From an uncultured SAR92 cluster bacterium (GTDB taxonomy: Bacteria; Pseudomonadota; Gammaproteobacteria; Pseudomonadales; Porticoccaceae): a stretch of 64,000 bases of DNA. The stretch is from the NCBI GenBank assembly GCA_902604945.1, contig CACLAG010000002.1, positions 3,893 through 67,892 of the forward strand, given 5' to 3'. The notes under the pieces were generated by a model that searched no databases, had not been told where the DNA came from, and saw only the letters and a program-made list of their open reading frames with translations. The position numbers were made by a program, and so were the translations under genes. Within the stretch, counting starts at the first letter, position 1. Each line of letters begins with the position of its first letter. Shown here in pieces: positions 29,287 to 40,165 of this stretch.

Positions 29287-30441
29287 TTATAAATATTTTT
29301 TCAAGTCTTCTGATTTATCTATTTTCTCCCAAGGCACATCGAGATCATCCCTGCCAAAATGTCCATAAGCTGCAGTTTTTTGATAAATGGGCCTATTAAG
29401 GTCTAGCATCTCAATAAGTCCTCTGGGTCTTAAGTCAAAATGTTCCGAAACAATTGCAGCGATTTTATGATCCTCCAATTTCCCAGTGCTATAAGTATCA
29501 ATACTTATCGATGTAGGCTCTGAAACACCTATTGCGTAGGAGATCTGTATCTCACATTTATCTGCTAAACCAGATGCAACAATATTTTTAGCTACGTACC
29601 GACCTGCATAAGCTGCCGAGCGGTCAACTTTTGTCGGATCTTTTCCTGAGAAAGCTCCTCCGCCGTGACGCGCCATACCTCCATATGTATCAACGATAAT
29701 TTTTCTACCTGTGAGCCCGCAATCTCCAACGGGACCCCCAATAATGAATTGGCCAGTTGGATTTATATGAAATTTTGTTTCATTATGTATCCACTTCTCA
29801 GGTATTACTGGCAAAATAATCTCTTGTTTTACTGCTTCTTGAAGCTCTAGTAGTGAGATATCAGGGGAGTGCTGAGTCGACAATACAATCGCATCTATAG
29901 ATACGGGTTTTTCATTTTCATATTTAAACGTAATTTGACTTTTTGCATCTGGTCTTAACCAGGGGAGCAATCCATTTTTTCTAACTTTAGCCTGTTGTTT
30001 TACTAAAAGATGCGAGTAATGAATTGGCGCGGGCATGAATGCGTCAGTTTCGTTCGAGGCATAGCCGAACATTAAGCCTTGATCCCCTGCACCGATATCC
30101 TTGCTTGCCGAGGCATCTACTCCCATGGCGATATCACCAGATTGTTTTCCGATGGCATTTAAAACAGCGCAGTTATTTCCATCAAAGCCAACATCGGAAT
30201 TATCATATCCAATATCAGTGATGACTTTCCTAACAACATCTTCGAGATCTACGTATGTATTAGTTCGTACTTCTCCTGCAATAATCGCCATGCCTGTTTT
30301 CACCATCGTCTCTACCGCCACCCTAGAGGACGGATCATCGGATAAAATAGCATCTAGCACAGCGTCTGATATCTGATCTGCCATTTTATCTGGATGTCCC
30401 TCTGATACAGATTCAGATGTAAATAATTTGTAATGTTGCAT
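29287..30441 (-). CDS. metK: S-adenosylmethionine synthetase
   Basis: [26 protein letters not shown] and GGGAFSGKD motifs. I use the ATG at 30441 ([12 protein letters not shown]), preceded by AAGGCGG. The track ORF extends 20 codons further and would overlap sahR. Confidence 0.96.
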   Translation of the reverse strand: MQHYKLFTSESVSEGHPDKMADQISDAVLDAILSDDPSSRVAVETMVKTGMAIIAGEVRTNTYVDLEDVVRKVITDIGYDNSDVGFDGNNCAVLNAIGKQSGDIAMGVDASASKDIGAGDQGLMFGYASNETDAFMPAPIHYSHLLVKQQAKVRKNGLLPWLRPDAKSQITFKYENEKPVSIDAIVLSTQHSPDISLLELQEAVKQEIILPVIPEKWIHNETKFHINPTGQFIIGGPVGDCGLTGRKIIVDTYGGMARHGGGAFSGKDPTKVDRSAAYAGRYVAKNIVASGLADKCEIQISYAIGVSEPTSISIDTYSTGKLEDHKIAAIVSEHFDLRPRGLIEMLDLNRPIYQKTAAYGHFGRDDLDVPWEKIDKSEDLKKYL

Positions 30442-30451
30442 AATGCCGCCT

Positions 30452-31432
30452 TTATTTTTTAAAAATGTGTATTTGTGTTTTAAAACCGTTTCTCTGAGCA
30501 ATAAACATACTTTCTAATTTTTTTAATTTGCATTCTTTCGCCCATTTTTCAATAGTCTCTGGCTCAAATCCATACCATAAGTCTCCACACGACGTCTTAG
30601 TCCATTCTTGGTTATGGTTACATAATTCCGTAATCAGCATGAAACCATTTTCTGCTAAAACGACTGAGCATTCTTTTAGAACATTTTGTGGATTAATATT
30701 GTGGTGGAGCACCATATTAAGTGATATAAAATCCGCTTTTGTCGTTTGGAACTTGAACTCTTTTAAGTTGCCTAAAAAAGTAGAAACATTATTAAGCTTT
30801 TTGCTTGTAATGTTTTGGATGCACTCTTCAAGGACTTCTTTAGCATTATCAATTGCAACAACTTTGTCGAAGAGAGAGCTTAATGTGGGCAGAAAGTCGC
30901 CCAGTCCAGAGCCAACATCAACCGCTAATCTCCCCTCAACGTTGTGTTTAGGAAGTAAATTTTCTATGCTTGGACCATAATTCAACCAACTTGCTATAAG
31001 ATCTTGATTTTCCTGAAATAAGCTCACGTTTTTGTTGAAAAACTCGATTGAAACTTTATCTCTCGCAGTTTTGATACTTTCGATGTTTCTTTCGACAGAC
31101 TCACTTAACTTGAAGCTATTTATTGTTTTGAACAGTGTGCTTTGAAAACTCTGTAAGTTTTCTTCAGGATTAAAATTATTTCTTTGGTAAAAAATATTAG
31201 CTCCATCTCTTTTAGTTGAAACAAGATGACTTTTCGAGAGCACTTTTAGATGATGGCTCATTGCTGGCTGCCCGATCTCAAATATCGAACAGAGCTCCAA
31301 AACACCGAAAGAATTATCTTGAAGTACCTTTAATATTTCAACACGTAAAGGGTCTCCAACCGCTTTGCATAAGGGATTGAAATTGGAAACATCAACAGAA
31401 CTAGTTACGAACTTTTTAGCGCTAACTCTCAT
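30452..31432 (-). CDS. sahR: ArsR-family winged-helix regulator fused to a SAM-methyltransferase-like domain (SahR-type methyl-cycle regulator)
   Basis: 326 aa. ArsR HTH ([27 protein letters not shown]) plus class I MTase motif I ([10 protein letters not shown]). Immediately upstream of metK-ahcY. Same ArsR-MTase gene between metK and tktA as in Pseudomonas (from memory). Confidence 0.65.
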   Translation of the reverse strand: MRVSAKKFVTSSVDVSNFNPLCKAVGDPLRVEILKVLQDNSFGVLELCSIFEIGQPAMSHHLKVLSKSHLVSTKRDGANIFYQRNNFNPEENLQSFQSTLFKTINSFKLSESVERNIESIKTARDKVSIEFFNKNVSLFQENQDLIASWLNYGPSIENLLPKHNVEGRLAVDVGSGLGDFLPTLSSLFDKVVAIDNAKEVLEECIQNITSKKLNNVSTFLGNLKEFKFQTTKADFISLNMVLHHNINPQNVLKECSVVLAENGFMLITELCNHNQEWTKTSCGDLWYGFEPETIEKWAKECKLKKLESMFIAQRNGFKTQIHIFKK

Positions 31433-31556
31433 AACCTTATTATATCAATAAGTTTTTATATAAACAAATTTTGATTCTTTTTAGGTGTTGCATTAGCTGG
31501 TGTTTATTTTTAAGCAAAGATAAAATGAATTTATCAAAATAAAAAGGTAATGCTTG

Positions 31557-33551
31557 ATGGAAGATAGAAGAATACTTGCCAATGCAGTTCGAGCATTGAG
31601 TATGGATGCTGTTCAACGTGCTAATAGTGGTCATCCTGGAGCTCCAATGGGTATGGCAGACATTGCAGAAGTGTTATGGAATGATTTTTTATCGCATAAT
31701 CCCAATGATCCCAACTGGATTAATAGAGATCGTTTTGTTTTGTCTAATGGACATGGCTCAATGCTCCTATATTCACTTCTTCATTTATCGGGTTATGGAC
31801 TTTCAATAGATGAGATTAAAAATTTTCGTCAGTTGCACTCCATGACACCAGGGCATCCGGAATATGGATATGCTCCAGGTGTAGAGACGACGACTGGACC
31901 TTTGGGACAAGGTTTGGCGAACGCTGTGGGTATGGCTATCGCTGAAAAAGTTTTGGCCGATCAATTTAATAAAGATAGTCACAGAATCATTGATCATAAT
32001 ACTTATGTGTTCTTAGGTGATGGTTGTTTAATGGAGGGTATATCACATGAGGTATGTTCTCTTGCAGGGACGCTTGGGCTAGGTAAATTGATCGCGGTTT
32101 ACGATGATAATGGGATTTCAATCGATGGTGAAGTTGAGAATTGGTTTACAGATGATACAAAAAAACGTTTCGAAGCTTATGGGTGGGACGTTATAAGTGA
32201 TGTTGATGGACACGACAACAACAAAATAGCTGGCGCATTGAAACAAGCAAAATATAAAACTGACAAACCCACTTTGATTTGCTGTAAAACAATTATTGGA
32301 TTTGGATCGCCTAATAAAGAGGGCAAGGAAGAGTGTCATGGCGCTGCGTTGGGAGATGATGAAGTTGCGCTCACTAGAAAAGCCCTTAATTGGAATCATA
32401 AACCTTTTGTAATTCCGTCTGAAATTTATGAGGCTTGGGATGCAAAAAATGCAGGTCAGAAAAAGCAAGACCAGTGGGATGTTCTGTTTAATCATTATCA
32501 GCAAGAGTACCCAGATCTAGCTCTAGATCTTCAAAGAAGAATGAAGGGTGAAATTCCTGCGGGTTTCGAAGCAAGTGCAAACCGTTATATACACGAGTGT
32601 CAGAGTAATTTTGAGAAAATCGCATCGCGAAAAGCGTCTCAAAATTGTCTGAATGCATATGGTCCGATGCTGCCTGAATTACTGGGTGGATCGGCAGACC
32701 TCGCTGGATCAAATCTTACTATTTGGAAAGGCTCAAAGCCGATCAAATCCGATGATGCATCTGGAAACTATATATTTTATGGAGTCAGAGAGTTCGGTAT
32801 GTCTGCAATCATGAACGGAATATCGTTGCATGGTGGTTTTATTAATTATGGAGCGACATTTCTCATGTTCATGGAATATGCTAGAAATGCAATTAGAATG
32901 TCTGCGTTGATGAAGAAAAGGAGTATTTTTGTCTACACTCATGATTCGATTGGATTGGGAGAGGATGGTCCAACGCATCAACCAGTTGAGCAATTGACTG
33001 CACTTCGCGCGACACCAAACTTATATACTTGGAGGCCTTGTGATACGGTAGAATCTGCCACTGCGTGGAAGCACGCAATTATGCGAGACGATGGTCCTAC
33101 AGCATTAGTTTTTAGCCGGCAGAGCTTAGAGCCCGCAATACGAGATAATGAACAAGTGGCACTAATATCAAAAGGTGGGTATGTCTTATTAGATCATCCA
33201 AATCCAAAATTATTGTTTATAGCAACGGGGTCAGAAGTGAATATAGCTATTCAAGCTGCTCGAGAGCTTAAATTAGCAGGTATATCAGCGCGAGTTGTTT
33301 CAATGCCGTGTGCTGAGCTTTTTTGTTTACAAGATAAAGACTATAGAGATAGTGTTTTACCGCCAAGCCTTTTAAACCGTATCGCAATAGAGGCTCTTCA
33401 TAAAGATTACTGGTATAAATTTGTTGGTTTGTCCGGGATTGTGATTGGGATGGAAACATTCGGCGAATCAGCCCCCGGTGATGTACTAATGCAAGAATTC
33501 GGCTTTACTCAGGATAATCTTGTCAATGTTGCGAAGGGGATGCTTTCTTAG
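31557..33551 (+). CDS. tktA: Transketolase
   Basis: SGHPGAPMG and GDGCLMEG ThDP motifs. About 664 aa from the ATG at 31557; the track begins one codon earlier at a TTG. Confidence 0.96.
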   Translation: MEDRRILANAVRALSMDAVQRANSGHPGAPMGMADIAEVLWNDFLSHNPNDPNWINRDRFVLSNGHGSMLLYSLLHLSGYGLSIDEIKNFRQLHSMTPGHPEYGYAPGVETTTGPLGQGLANAVGMAIAEKVLADQFNKDSHRIIDHNTYVFLGDGCLMEGISHEVCSLAGTLGLGKLIAVYDDNGISIDGEVENWFTDDTKKRFEAYGWDVISDVDGHDNNKIAGALKQAKYKTDKPTLICCKTIIGFGSPNKEGKEECHGAALGDDEVALTRKALNWNHKPFVIPSEIYEAWDAKNAGQKKQDQWDVLFNHYQQEYPDLALDLQRRMKGEIPAGFEASANRYIHECQSNFEKIASRKASQNCLNAYGPMLPELLGGSADLAGSNLTIWKGSKPIKSDDASGNYIFYGVREFGMSAIMNGISLHGGFINYGATFLMFMEYARNAIRMSALMKKRSIFVYTHDSIGLGEDGPTHQPVEQLTALRATPNLYTWRPCDTVESATAWKHAIMRDDGPTALVFSRQSLEPAIRDNEQVALISKGGYVLLDHPNPKLLFIATGSEVNIAIQAARELKLAGISARVVSMPCAELFCLQDKDYRDSVLPPSLLNRIAIEALHKDYWYKFVGLSGIVIGMETFGESAPGDVLMQEFGFTQDNLVNVAKGMLS

Positions 33552-34565
33552 GTGTTTAATATCGCAATCAACGGCTTTGGACGGATAGGTCGGTCCGTGC
33601 TTCGTGCCTTTTATGAAACTGATCGGGATTTGGGATTTAAAATAACAGCGATAAACGAGATAGCCGAAGTTCACACCATGGCTCACCTGACTCGTTATGA
33701 CTCGACTCATGGCAAGTTTTTTGGTTGTGTGGATACCGATGGTAAAAATTTAAAGATAGACGATGATCTTATTTCTGTTAGCCATCATCATGACTTAAAC
33801 TGTTTACCTTGGCTTAAGCATGATATTGATATCGTAATTGAATCTAGTGGCTCTTATTCGAAGCGTGAGCAAGCAGAATTGCATATAAAGTCAGGTGCAA
33901 AGAGGGTTCTTTTTTCACAGCCTGCTGATCGGTGTGTTGATAACACAATCGTGTTCGGTGTGAACGAGCATCTCTTAAAAGATTCCGACTCGATTATATC
34001 GGGGGCTTCTTGCACGACAAATTGTGTGGTGCCACTGATAAAAATTATTCATGATAAGTTAGGTATTGAAAGTGGTGTAATAACAACAATTCACTCTGCA
34101 ATGAACGATCAGCCTGTTATTGACGCGTTTCACCATACAGACTTAAGGAAGACTAGAGCAGCGATGAACTCGATGATACCAGTTGATACAGATTTAGCAC
34201 TTGGGATTGACAGAGTGTTACCAAATCTGACAGGAAAATTTCAAGCGCAAGCGATGAGAGTGCCTACAATTAATGTCTCGGCAATCGATTTGTCAATTTT
34301 GGTTTCAAAAAGCACCTCTGTTGAGGAAATAAACTCGATATTGTTCGAATCTGCAAATGGAGATTTCTCGAACATCTTGGGTTATACAGATGAGCCACTC
34401 GCATCTTGCGATTTTATCCATGATAAAAGAAGTGGAATTGTAGACTCCTGTCAGACACGAGTAAGTGGAGCTAAGCTAGTCAAAATTTTAATATGGTTCG
34501 ACAATGAATGGGGATATGCTAACCGAATGCTAGACATCATAAGACTTTGGATTACGAGACATTAG
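33552..34565 (+). CDS. epd: Erythrose-4-phosphate dehydrogenase / GAPDH-family dehydrogenase
   Basis: 337 aa, GTG start abutting the tktA stop. INGFGRIGR and SCTTNC motifs. tkt-epd-pgk order suggests Epd rather than GapA. Confidence 0.8.
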   Translation: MFNIAINGFGRIGRSVLRAFYETDRDLGFKITAINEIAEVHTMAHLTRYDSTHGKFFGCVDTDGKNLKIDDDLISVSHHHDLNCLPWLKHDIDIVIESSGSYSKREQAELHIKSGAKRVLFSQPADRCVDNTIVFGVNEHLLKDSDSIISGASCTTNCVVPLIKIIHDKLGIESGVITTIHSAMNDQPVIDAFHHTDLRKTRAAMNSMIPVDTDLALGIDRVLPNLTGKFQAQAMRVPTINVSAIDLSILVSKSTSVEEINSILFESANGDFSNILGYTDEPLASCDFIHDKRSGIVDSCQTRVSGAKLVKILIWFDNEWGYANRMLDIIRLWITRH

Positions 34566-34569
34566 CCAT

Positions 34570-35712
34570 ATGAGAATGATGGAAGAAGTAGACATGGCTC
34601 ACCGTCGGGTTCTGATTCGATTGGATCTAAATGTTCCTATGCATCAAGGAATCATCAATAGCTCAATAAGAATTGATAAAGCGCTACCCACTATAAAGCT
34701 TGCGTTAAAGACTGCCAGTAATGTTGTAATTATGTCTCATTTGGGACGACCGAAAGAGGATACATTTGATCAAAAATATTCTTTAGATCCTGTTGCCAAA
34801 TATTTGGCACAAAAGCTCGATACTAATGTTTCTCTGTGTCGAAATATTTCAGATTTGGCTAGTCTGCAGTCGAAGCTAATCTTACTGGAAAATGTCAGAT
34901 TTAATAAAGGTGAAAGTGAAAATTGCGAGCACTTATCAAAACGTTATGCAGCAATGTGTGACATCTTTGTTATGGACGCTTTTGCAACTGCTCACCGTGC
35001 GCAAGCCTCAACTCATGGCGTTGCGAAATATGCACCTATCTCATGTATGGGTCCTCTTTTAAAGAGGGAAGTTGAGTTTTTGAATTTCTGCTTCAGTAGT
35101 CCAAAAAAGCCAGTAGTCGCGATAGTTGGAGGTTCAAAAGTGTCCTCTAAGTTGGGCGTTTTGGAAAATCTTGCCAATAGAGTTGATAGTTTAATTGTTG
35201 GCGGTGGAATAGCAAACACCTTTTTAGTTGCTGCGAACAAAGATGTTGGTAAATCACTTTATGAGAAACAGTTAGTTGATAGAGCAAGAGCGATCATGGA
35301 TAAAGTTGAGGTCATATTGCCATCGGATGTTGTGGTTTCAGCTGAGATATCTGATAAAAGTGTGGCTCTTAAAAAATTGGTGGATGATATTGGTCCAGAT
35401 GAAATGGTTCTTGATATTGGAATATCATCGTCAGAAAGAGTGTCAAAAATACTTGAAGCTTCGGGAACTATTATTTGGAATGGACCAGTTGGCGTTTTTG
35501 AAATTGAACAGTTCAGCGAGGGTACAAAGTCAGTTTCTGCCGCGGTCTCTGAGAGTAATGCATTTTCAATTGCAGGTGGAGGCGATACGCTTGCCGCGAT
35601 TGAAAAGTATAAAATTTCAGAAAACATCTCATATATTTCAACAGGTGGCGGTGCTTTTTTAAAATTTCTTGAGAATGGAAGGCTGCCTGCGATAGATATA
35701 TTGAATCAGTGA
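34570..35712 (+). CDS. pgk: Phosphoglycerate kinase
   Basis: 380 aa. RLDLNVP, SHLGRP and GGGDT motifs. Confidence 0.95.
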   Translation: MRMMEEVDMAHRRVLIRLDLNVPMHQGIINSSIRIDKALPTIKLALKTASNVVIMSHLGRPKEDTFDQKYSLDPVAKYLAQKLDTNVSLCRNISDLASLQSKLILLENVRFNKGESENCEHLSKRYAAMCDIFVMDAFATAHRAQASTHGVAKYAPISCMGPLLKREVEFLNFCFSSPKKPVVAIVGGSKVSSKLGVLENLANRVDSLIVGGGIANTFLVAANKDVGKSLYEKQLVDRARAIMDKVEVILPSDVVVSAEISDKSVALKKLVDDIGPDEMVLDIGISSSERVSKILEASGTIIWNGPVGVFEIEQFSEGTKSVSAAVSESNAFSIAGGGDTLAAIEKYKISENISYISTGGGAFLKFLENGRLPAIDILNQ

Positions 35713-35749
35713 TTGACGGTGAAGTTATAATTTATTTGGGGTTTGTAGC

Positions 35750-36637
35750 ATGGAATTTATAGATTATTCGGGTGTTTATCAGATCGCAATCCCTATCGTA
35801 GTAATTGCGATTGTTTTTGAAGTAATATTCTCTATTTCTAGAAAAAGAGAACTTTATAAAGCGGGAGACTTTTTTGGTACAGCAGGACTTCTGCTTGGGA
35901 ATATTCTAGTGTCATTGTTTTTTCAAGGGTCTGTTCTGTCTTTATACTTTTTTTTATACGAGTTTAGATTGTTGAATTTGGTTGATAAATTTCCCCTGGT
36001 TTTTTTATGGGCGATAACTTTTATTGCAATTGATTTTGTTTTTTATTGGTACCATAGGTGCTCACATCGAGTAAGAATTTTGTGGGCAATTCATATGAAT
36101 CATCATTCAAGTACTGAAATGAACTTTTCCGTTTCTTTTCGTCAAGCATGGTTTGGCCCGATTTCTAAAGTACCTTTCTTTATAAGTTTACCGCTTATTG
36201 GTTTTGATCCCAGTATCACGGCAATAGCGGGAGTGATATCAACTTTTTGGGGTGTGGTTGGGCATACTCAATTGATAGGAAAATTAGGATGGATGGATGC
36301 TATTTTTAATACTCCTTCGAATCACCGTGTGCATCATGGCAAAAATAAGGAATATATAGACAAGAACTATGGAAATTTATTAATAATATGGGACCGATTT
36401 TTCCGCACCTATCAAAGAGAAGAAAAGAAGGTAATCTTTGGTTTAGTTCAAGATTTGAATACAAACAATCCTGTCGAAATAACATTTTATTCCTGGAAAG
36501 AAATTATGACGGATTTGAAAAAAGCATCTTCGTGGAGACAAATTGCAACCATAATTTTTGGAGCGCCCTATCCCAACCCCGATGTTGGAAAAAATAGTTC
36601 ATTGAGGACTTCTTTGATTAAGGATCTATCTGGATGA
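35750..36637 (+). CDS. Fatty acid hydroxylase / sterol desaturase superfamily membrane di-iron enzyme
   Basis: 295 aa polytopic. Three His boxes: HRCSH, HMNHH, HRVHH. Confidence 0.8.
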   Translation: MEFIDYSGVYQIAIPIVVIAIVFEVIFSISRKRELYKAGDFFGTAGLLLGNILVSLFFQGSVLSLYFFLYEFRLLNLVDKFPLVFLWAITFIAIDFVFYWYHRCSHRVRILWAIHMNHHSSTEMNFSVSFRQAWFGPISKVPFFISLPLIGFDPSITAIAGVISTFWGVVGHTQLIGKLGWMDAIFNTPSNHRVHHGKNKEYIDKNYGNLLIIWDRFFRTYQREEKKVIFGLVQDLNTNNPVEITFYSWKEIMTDLKKASSWRQIATIIFGAPYPNPDVGKNSSLRTSLIKDLSG

Positions 36638-36682
36638 GGTGACATTTTGACAGTTTATTGGCACAAACGTTTAATATCATTT

Positions 36683-38821
36683 TTATGCAAGGGAGAATTC
36701 ATTACCTTTCGGGAGCCAGTTATTGAGGATTTTTTGCCCAAAAGCAGGATTATTTTTAATAATCTCCTCAGCATTTTGTTTAGCCAAAGGCAATAAAGAA
36801 GCATCTGTAGAAAGATCTGCAATTTTAAATCCAATATCACCTGTTTGACGGGTTCCTAGTATTTCGCCTGCTCCCCGTATTGCCAAATCTTTTTCGGCTA
36901 TTTTGAACCCGTCATTGGTTTCGCGCATGATTTCCATTCTTTGCCGGCTCATATGTGAAAGTTTTTTGCCATACATTAAGATGCAATAGCTCGGTTTACT
37001 GCCTCTTCCTACACGGCCTCGCAATTGATGTAATTGAGAAAGCCCCAACCGCTCTGCATTTTCGATAACCATTACTGTGGCATCAGGCACATCTACTCCC
37101 ACTTCAATTACAGTTGTAGCAACTAGCACATTGATATCTTTTCGTTTAAATCTATCCATTATGTCTAATTTTTCTCTCGCTTTAAGTTTTCCATGTACTA
37201 AACCAATCGATACTGCGGGCATTTTTAATTGTAATTCTTCACTAATCACTTTGGCGGCTTCAGCTTCGAGAGCATCTGATTCCTCAATTAGCGTGCAAAC
37301 CCAATAAACCTGGTTACCTTGTATAACAAGATCTTTTATTTTTTTGATGACTCCATCTCTCTTTTGATCACTTAGCACTGAGGTCTTTATTGGTTGTCTT
37401 CCCGGCGGCAATTCATCTATCACGGAAAAATCAAGATCAGCATAAGCGCTCATTGCAAGTGTCCTAGGAATAGGTGTTGCAGTCATCACTAGTTGATTCG
37501 GAATGATTTTAAAATCATTTGTTCCATTAAAACCTTTTTTTAGCAAGGTTAGTCTCTGATTCACTCCAAAACGATGCTGCTCATCAATAATAACCAATCC
37601 AAGAGAGCTGTATTTAACATTTTCTTGAAAAAGAGCATGAGTTCCAATAATTACTTGCGTGCTTCCATCCTCGATCTTTTGATAAACCTCTTCGCGAAGT
37701 TTTCCTTTGACTTTGCTGGAGAGAAGATCTATTTGATATTTAAAAGGACTGAGCCACTCTAAAAAATTCAACCGATGTTGTTCTGCTAATATCTCAGTAG
37801 GTGCCATTATTGCTACTTGCTTATTATTTAGTAAAATTTGGAGTGAACAAAAAGCCGCTACTACAGTCTTTCCAGACCCTACGTCTCCTTGTACTAGCCG
37901 ATGCATGGGATTGATTGATGAAATATCGTCAGCTATTTCTTTTATAACTCGGGTCTGCGCACTTGTCATTTTGAAATTTAAATTATTTAAGAAAATTCCT
38001 TCTGATTCTAAATCTCGAAACATGGGTTTAGATGTGTGACTTTTAATAGCTTTTCGCTCTGATAATAGACCAATTTGATATGCGGTAAGTTCTTCAAGAG
38101 ACAAGATTTTTTGCATTGGGTGCGATCGTGACTCCAAAACATCCAGATCAGTGTTTGATGTAGGATTATGCAAGAACTTCAAAGCTTCGAAAGATGAAAA
38201 CTTAGTAACTATTAATTTTTCTGAATCAAGAGGTTTGTCGTCGGCATCTGTTTGATTAATACATAGATGATCAAGAACCCTTTTAATGATATCGCGCAAC
38301 TTATTTTGAGATAGTCCTATCGTCGTTGGATATATTGGGCTCAAAGTGGTGTCAAGTGGTTTTAAATTGCTTTTCTCCATTATTGAATATTCGGGATGAT
38401 AGAACTCAAAGCTGGACTTTCCTCGATGAGCGATTCCAAAACACCTTATGTAAGCGCCTTTAATAAATTGAGATTTATGTGAATTATTGAATTTATAGAA
38501 TTTAATAATCACAGAGCCATAATTATCAGAAATTCGGCAGATTAAAGTTCTTCTTTTTGAAAAAACTATACCCACGCTCTCTATTTCACCTTCGATCACT
38601 ACATAATTATTTAACCCAAGATCGGAGATTTTTGTAACTTTTGTTCGATCAACGTATCGATATGGCAGATGAAAAAGCGCATCTTTAAAGGTAAATAAAT
38701 TTATGTTGTTAAGTTTTTGTGTGATCTTTGGACCTACACCTGGCAATGAACTTAAGGGGCTATTTAGCTCATTATTTTTTTTGGTCATTTTAAATAAATT
38801 ATTTTTTAGTTTCTCCAACAT
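36683..38821 (-). CDS. recG: ATP-dependent DNA helicase RecG
   Basis: 712 aa. Wedge domain N-terminus. Walker A GDVGSGKT, DEQHRFG, QLRGRVGRG. Confidence 0.96.
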   Translation of the reverse strand: MLEKLKNNLFKMTKKNNELNSPLSSLPGVGPKITQKLNNINLFTFKDALFHLPYRYVDRTKVTKISDLGLNNYVVIEGEIESVGIVFSKRRTLICRISDNYGSVIIKFYKFNNSHKSQFIKGAYIRCFGIAHRGKSSFEFYHPEYSIMEKSNLKPLDTTLSPIYPTTIGLSQNKLRDIIKRVLDHLCINQTDADDKPLDSEKLIVTKFSSFEALKFLHNPTSNTDLDVLESRSHPMQKILSLEELTAYQIGLLSERKAIKSHTSKPMFRDLESEGIFLNNLNFKMTSAQTRVIKEIADDISSINPMHRLVQGDVGSGKTVVAAFCSLQILLNNKQVAIMAPTEILAEQHRLNFLEWLSPFKYQIDLLSSKVKGKLREEVYQKIEDGSTQVIIGTHALFQENVKYSSLGLVIIDEQHRFGVNQRLTLLKKGFNGTNDFKIIPNQLVMTATPIPRTLAMSAYADLDFSVIDELPPGRQPIKTSVLSDQKRDGVIKKIKDLVIQGNQVYWVCTLIEESDALEAEAAKVISEELQLKMPAVSIGLVHGKLKAREKLDIMDRFKRKDINVLVATTVIEVGVDVPDATVMVIENAERLGLSQLHQLRGRVGRGSKPSYCILMYGKKLSHMSRQRMEIMRETNDGFKIAEKDLAIRGAGEILGTRQTGDIGFKIADLSTDASLLPLAKQNAEEIIKNNPAFGQKILNNWLPKGNEFSLA

Positions 38822-38908
38822 GATAACAGAATCTAAAAAACTAGAATTCTAAACACAACGTTTTTTCTTTGTTATGATCTCAAGCCACTAAAAATAAAGA
38901 GTTTTGCT

Positions 38909-39748
38909 TTGAAAATTTTATTAGTTGGTTGCGGAGATATTGGAGCGAGGGTTGCCGCTTATTTTGAAGACACTCATTGTTGCTTTGGTTTACGTAGAGA
39001 TGCTAGCTCGCTTGAAAGTCCAATAATACCGATAGAAGCAGATGTTCTTAACAAAGATTTAATGATATCTGTTTTATCTGAGAGTTTTGATGTCGTCATT
39101 ATAACACTTACCCCAGACGGTTTTACTGAGAATGATTATAAGAAAACTTATTTAGAGGGAGCTAAAACAATTAAGGCAGCTTTAAATTCAATGGCAAACA
39201 AGCCGAAGCTGGTCATTTGGATATCTAGTACGCGAGTTTACCGATATTCACATGGACGTCATCATGATGAAAAAACTCCGATTGTTAAAGCTGATGCTTA
39301 TGTGAGTGCGTTGATAGAAGCTGAAGAGGAAATAAAGAAATTTTCAGGTAAGACTATAGTGCTTAGATTCTCTGGAATTTATGGAGCCGAGAGACTTCGT
39401 TTATTGGACAGTGTGAGAGCAGGTTATGGATGTGAGCAATTTCCTGAGAGGTGGACTAATAGGATTCATATTGATGACTGCGTTCGAGCTCTAATCCATC
39501 TAATAAATAAACATTTTGAGGGTTTTGAGTTAGATGACACATATATCGGAACCGATTCACTTCCAGTAACCCAATATGAGCTTAGGGCATGGCTGGCAAA
39601 TCGACTTAACATTGAATTAAATAAAAACGCGAAAATTGGTAACATAGGATACAAATTAAGCAACAAACGGTTATTAAACTCAGGTTTCAAACTTAATTTT
39701 CCTTCCTATCAAGAAGGTTATGACATGATACTGGAACAAGAGTCATAG
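38909..39748 (+). CDS. NAD(P)-binding Rossmann-fold protein (SDR/epimerase family)
   Basis: 279 aa, TTG start. MKILLVGCGDIGARVA dinucleotide-binding motif. Substrate unknown. Confidence 0.7.
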   Translation: MKILLVGCGDIGARVAAYFEDTHCCFGLRRDASSLESPIIPIEADVLNKDLMISVLSESFDVVIITLTPDGFTENDYKKTYLEGAKTIKAALNSMANKPKLVIWISSTRVYRYSHGRHHDEKTPIVKADAYVSALIEAEEEIKKFSGKTIVLRFSGIYGAERLRLLDSVRAGYGCEQFPERWTNRIHIDDCVRALIHLINKHFEGFELDDTYIGTDSLPVTQYELRAWLANRLNIELNKNAKIGNIGYKLSNKRLLNSGFKLNFPSYQEGYDMILEQES

Positions 39749-39761
39749 GGGTATGGCTGAT

Positions 39762-40145
39762 CTAAATAACCATTATGGCATCCATCTCTATCAAGGAGTC
39801 TTTGGGCAACTGGTTTACACCAATTGCTGCTCTAGCGGGATAGGGTTTCGACATCTTTTCTTTCATTACCTCATTGACTTCATTGAAATGACCTAAGTCA
39901 GTTAGATAGATATTGAGTTTAACAATATCTCCCAAAGAGCCGCCTGCAGCTTGGCAGACTGCGGCAATGTTGTCAAAAACTTGGAGTGTCTGGGTCACTA
40001 TATCTATGCCAGCAAGCGCCATTGTTTCGGGCACTAAGGGTATCTGGCCAGACAAATATATAGTTTTATCAGCTTTAATAGCTTGTGAGTATGGGCCAAT
40101 TGCAGTGGGCGCTTTGACGGTGTTAATTACTTCCCTCTTCGACAT
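39762..40145 (-). CDS. ridA: RidA/YjgF-family reactive enamine/imine deaminase
   Basis: 127 aa. [12 protein letters not shown] and [12 protein letters not shown] motifs. Adjacent to spoT as in Pseudomonas. Confidence 0.9.
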   Translation of the reverse strand: MSKREVINTVKAPTAIGPYSQAIKADKTIYLSGQIPLVPETMALAGIDIVTQTLQVFDNIAAVCQAAGGSLGDIVKLNIYLTDLGHFNEVNEVMKEKMSKPYPARAAIGVNQLPKDSLIEMDAIMVI

Positions 40146-40165
40146 ACCATTTCCTTAACTAAAGC

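Noticed and set aside
31436-31452. 17-bp palindrome CTTATTatatcAATAAG directly upstream of the sahR ATG, considered as a SahR operator
   Set aside because: It overlaps the SD position and is made only of A/T-rich arms, which arise by chance in this composition. I cannot recall the SahR consensus well enough to match it. It is left as something to test, not a call.
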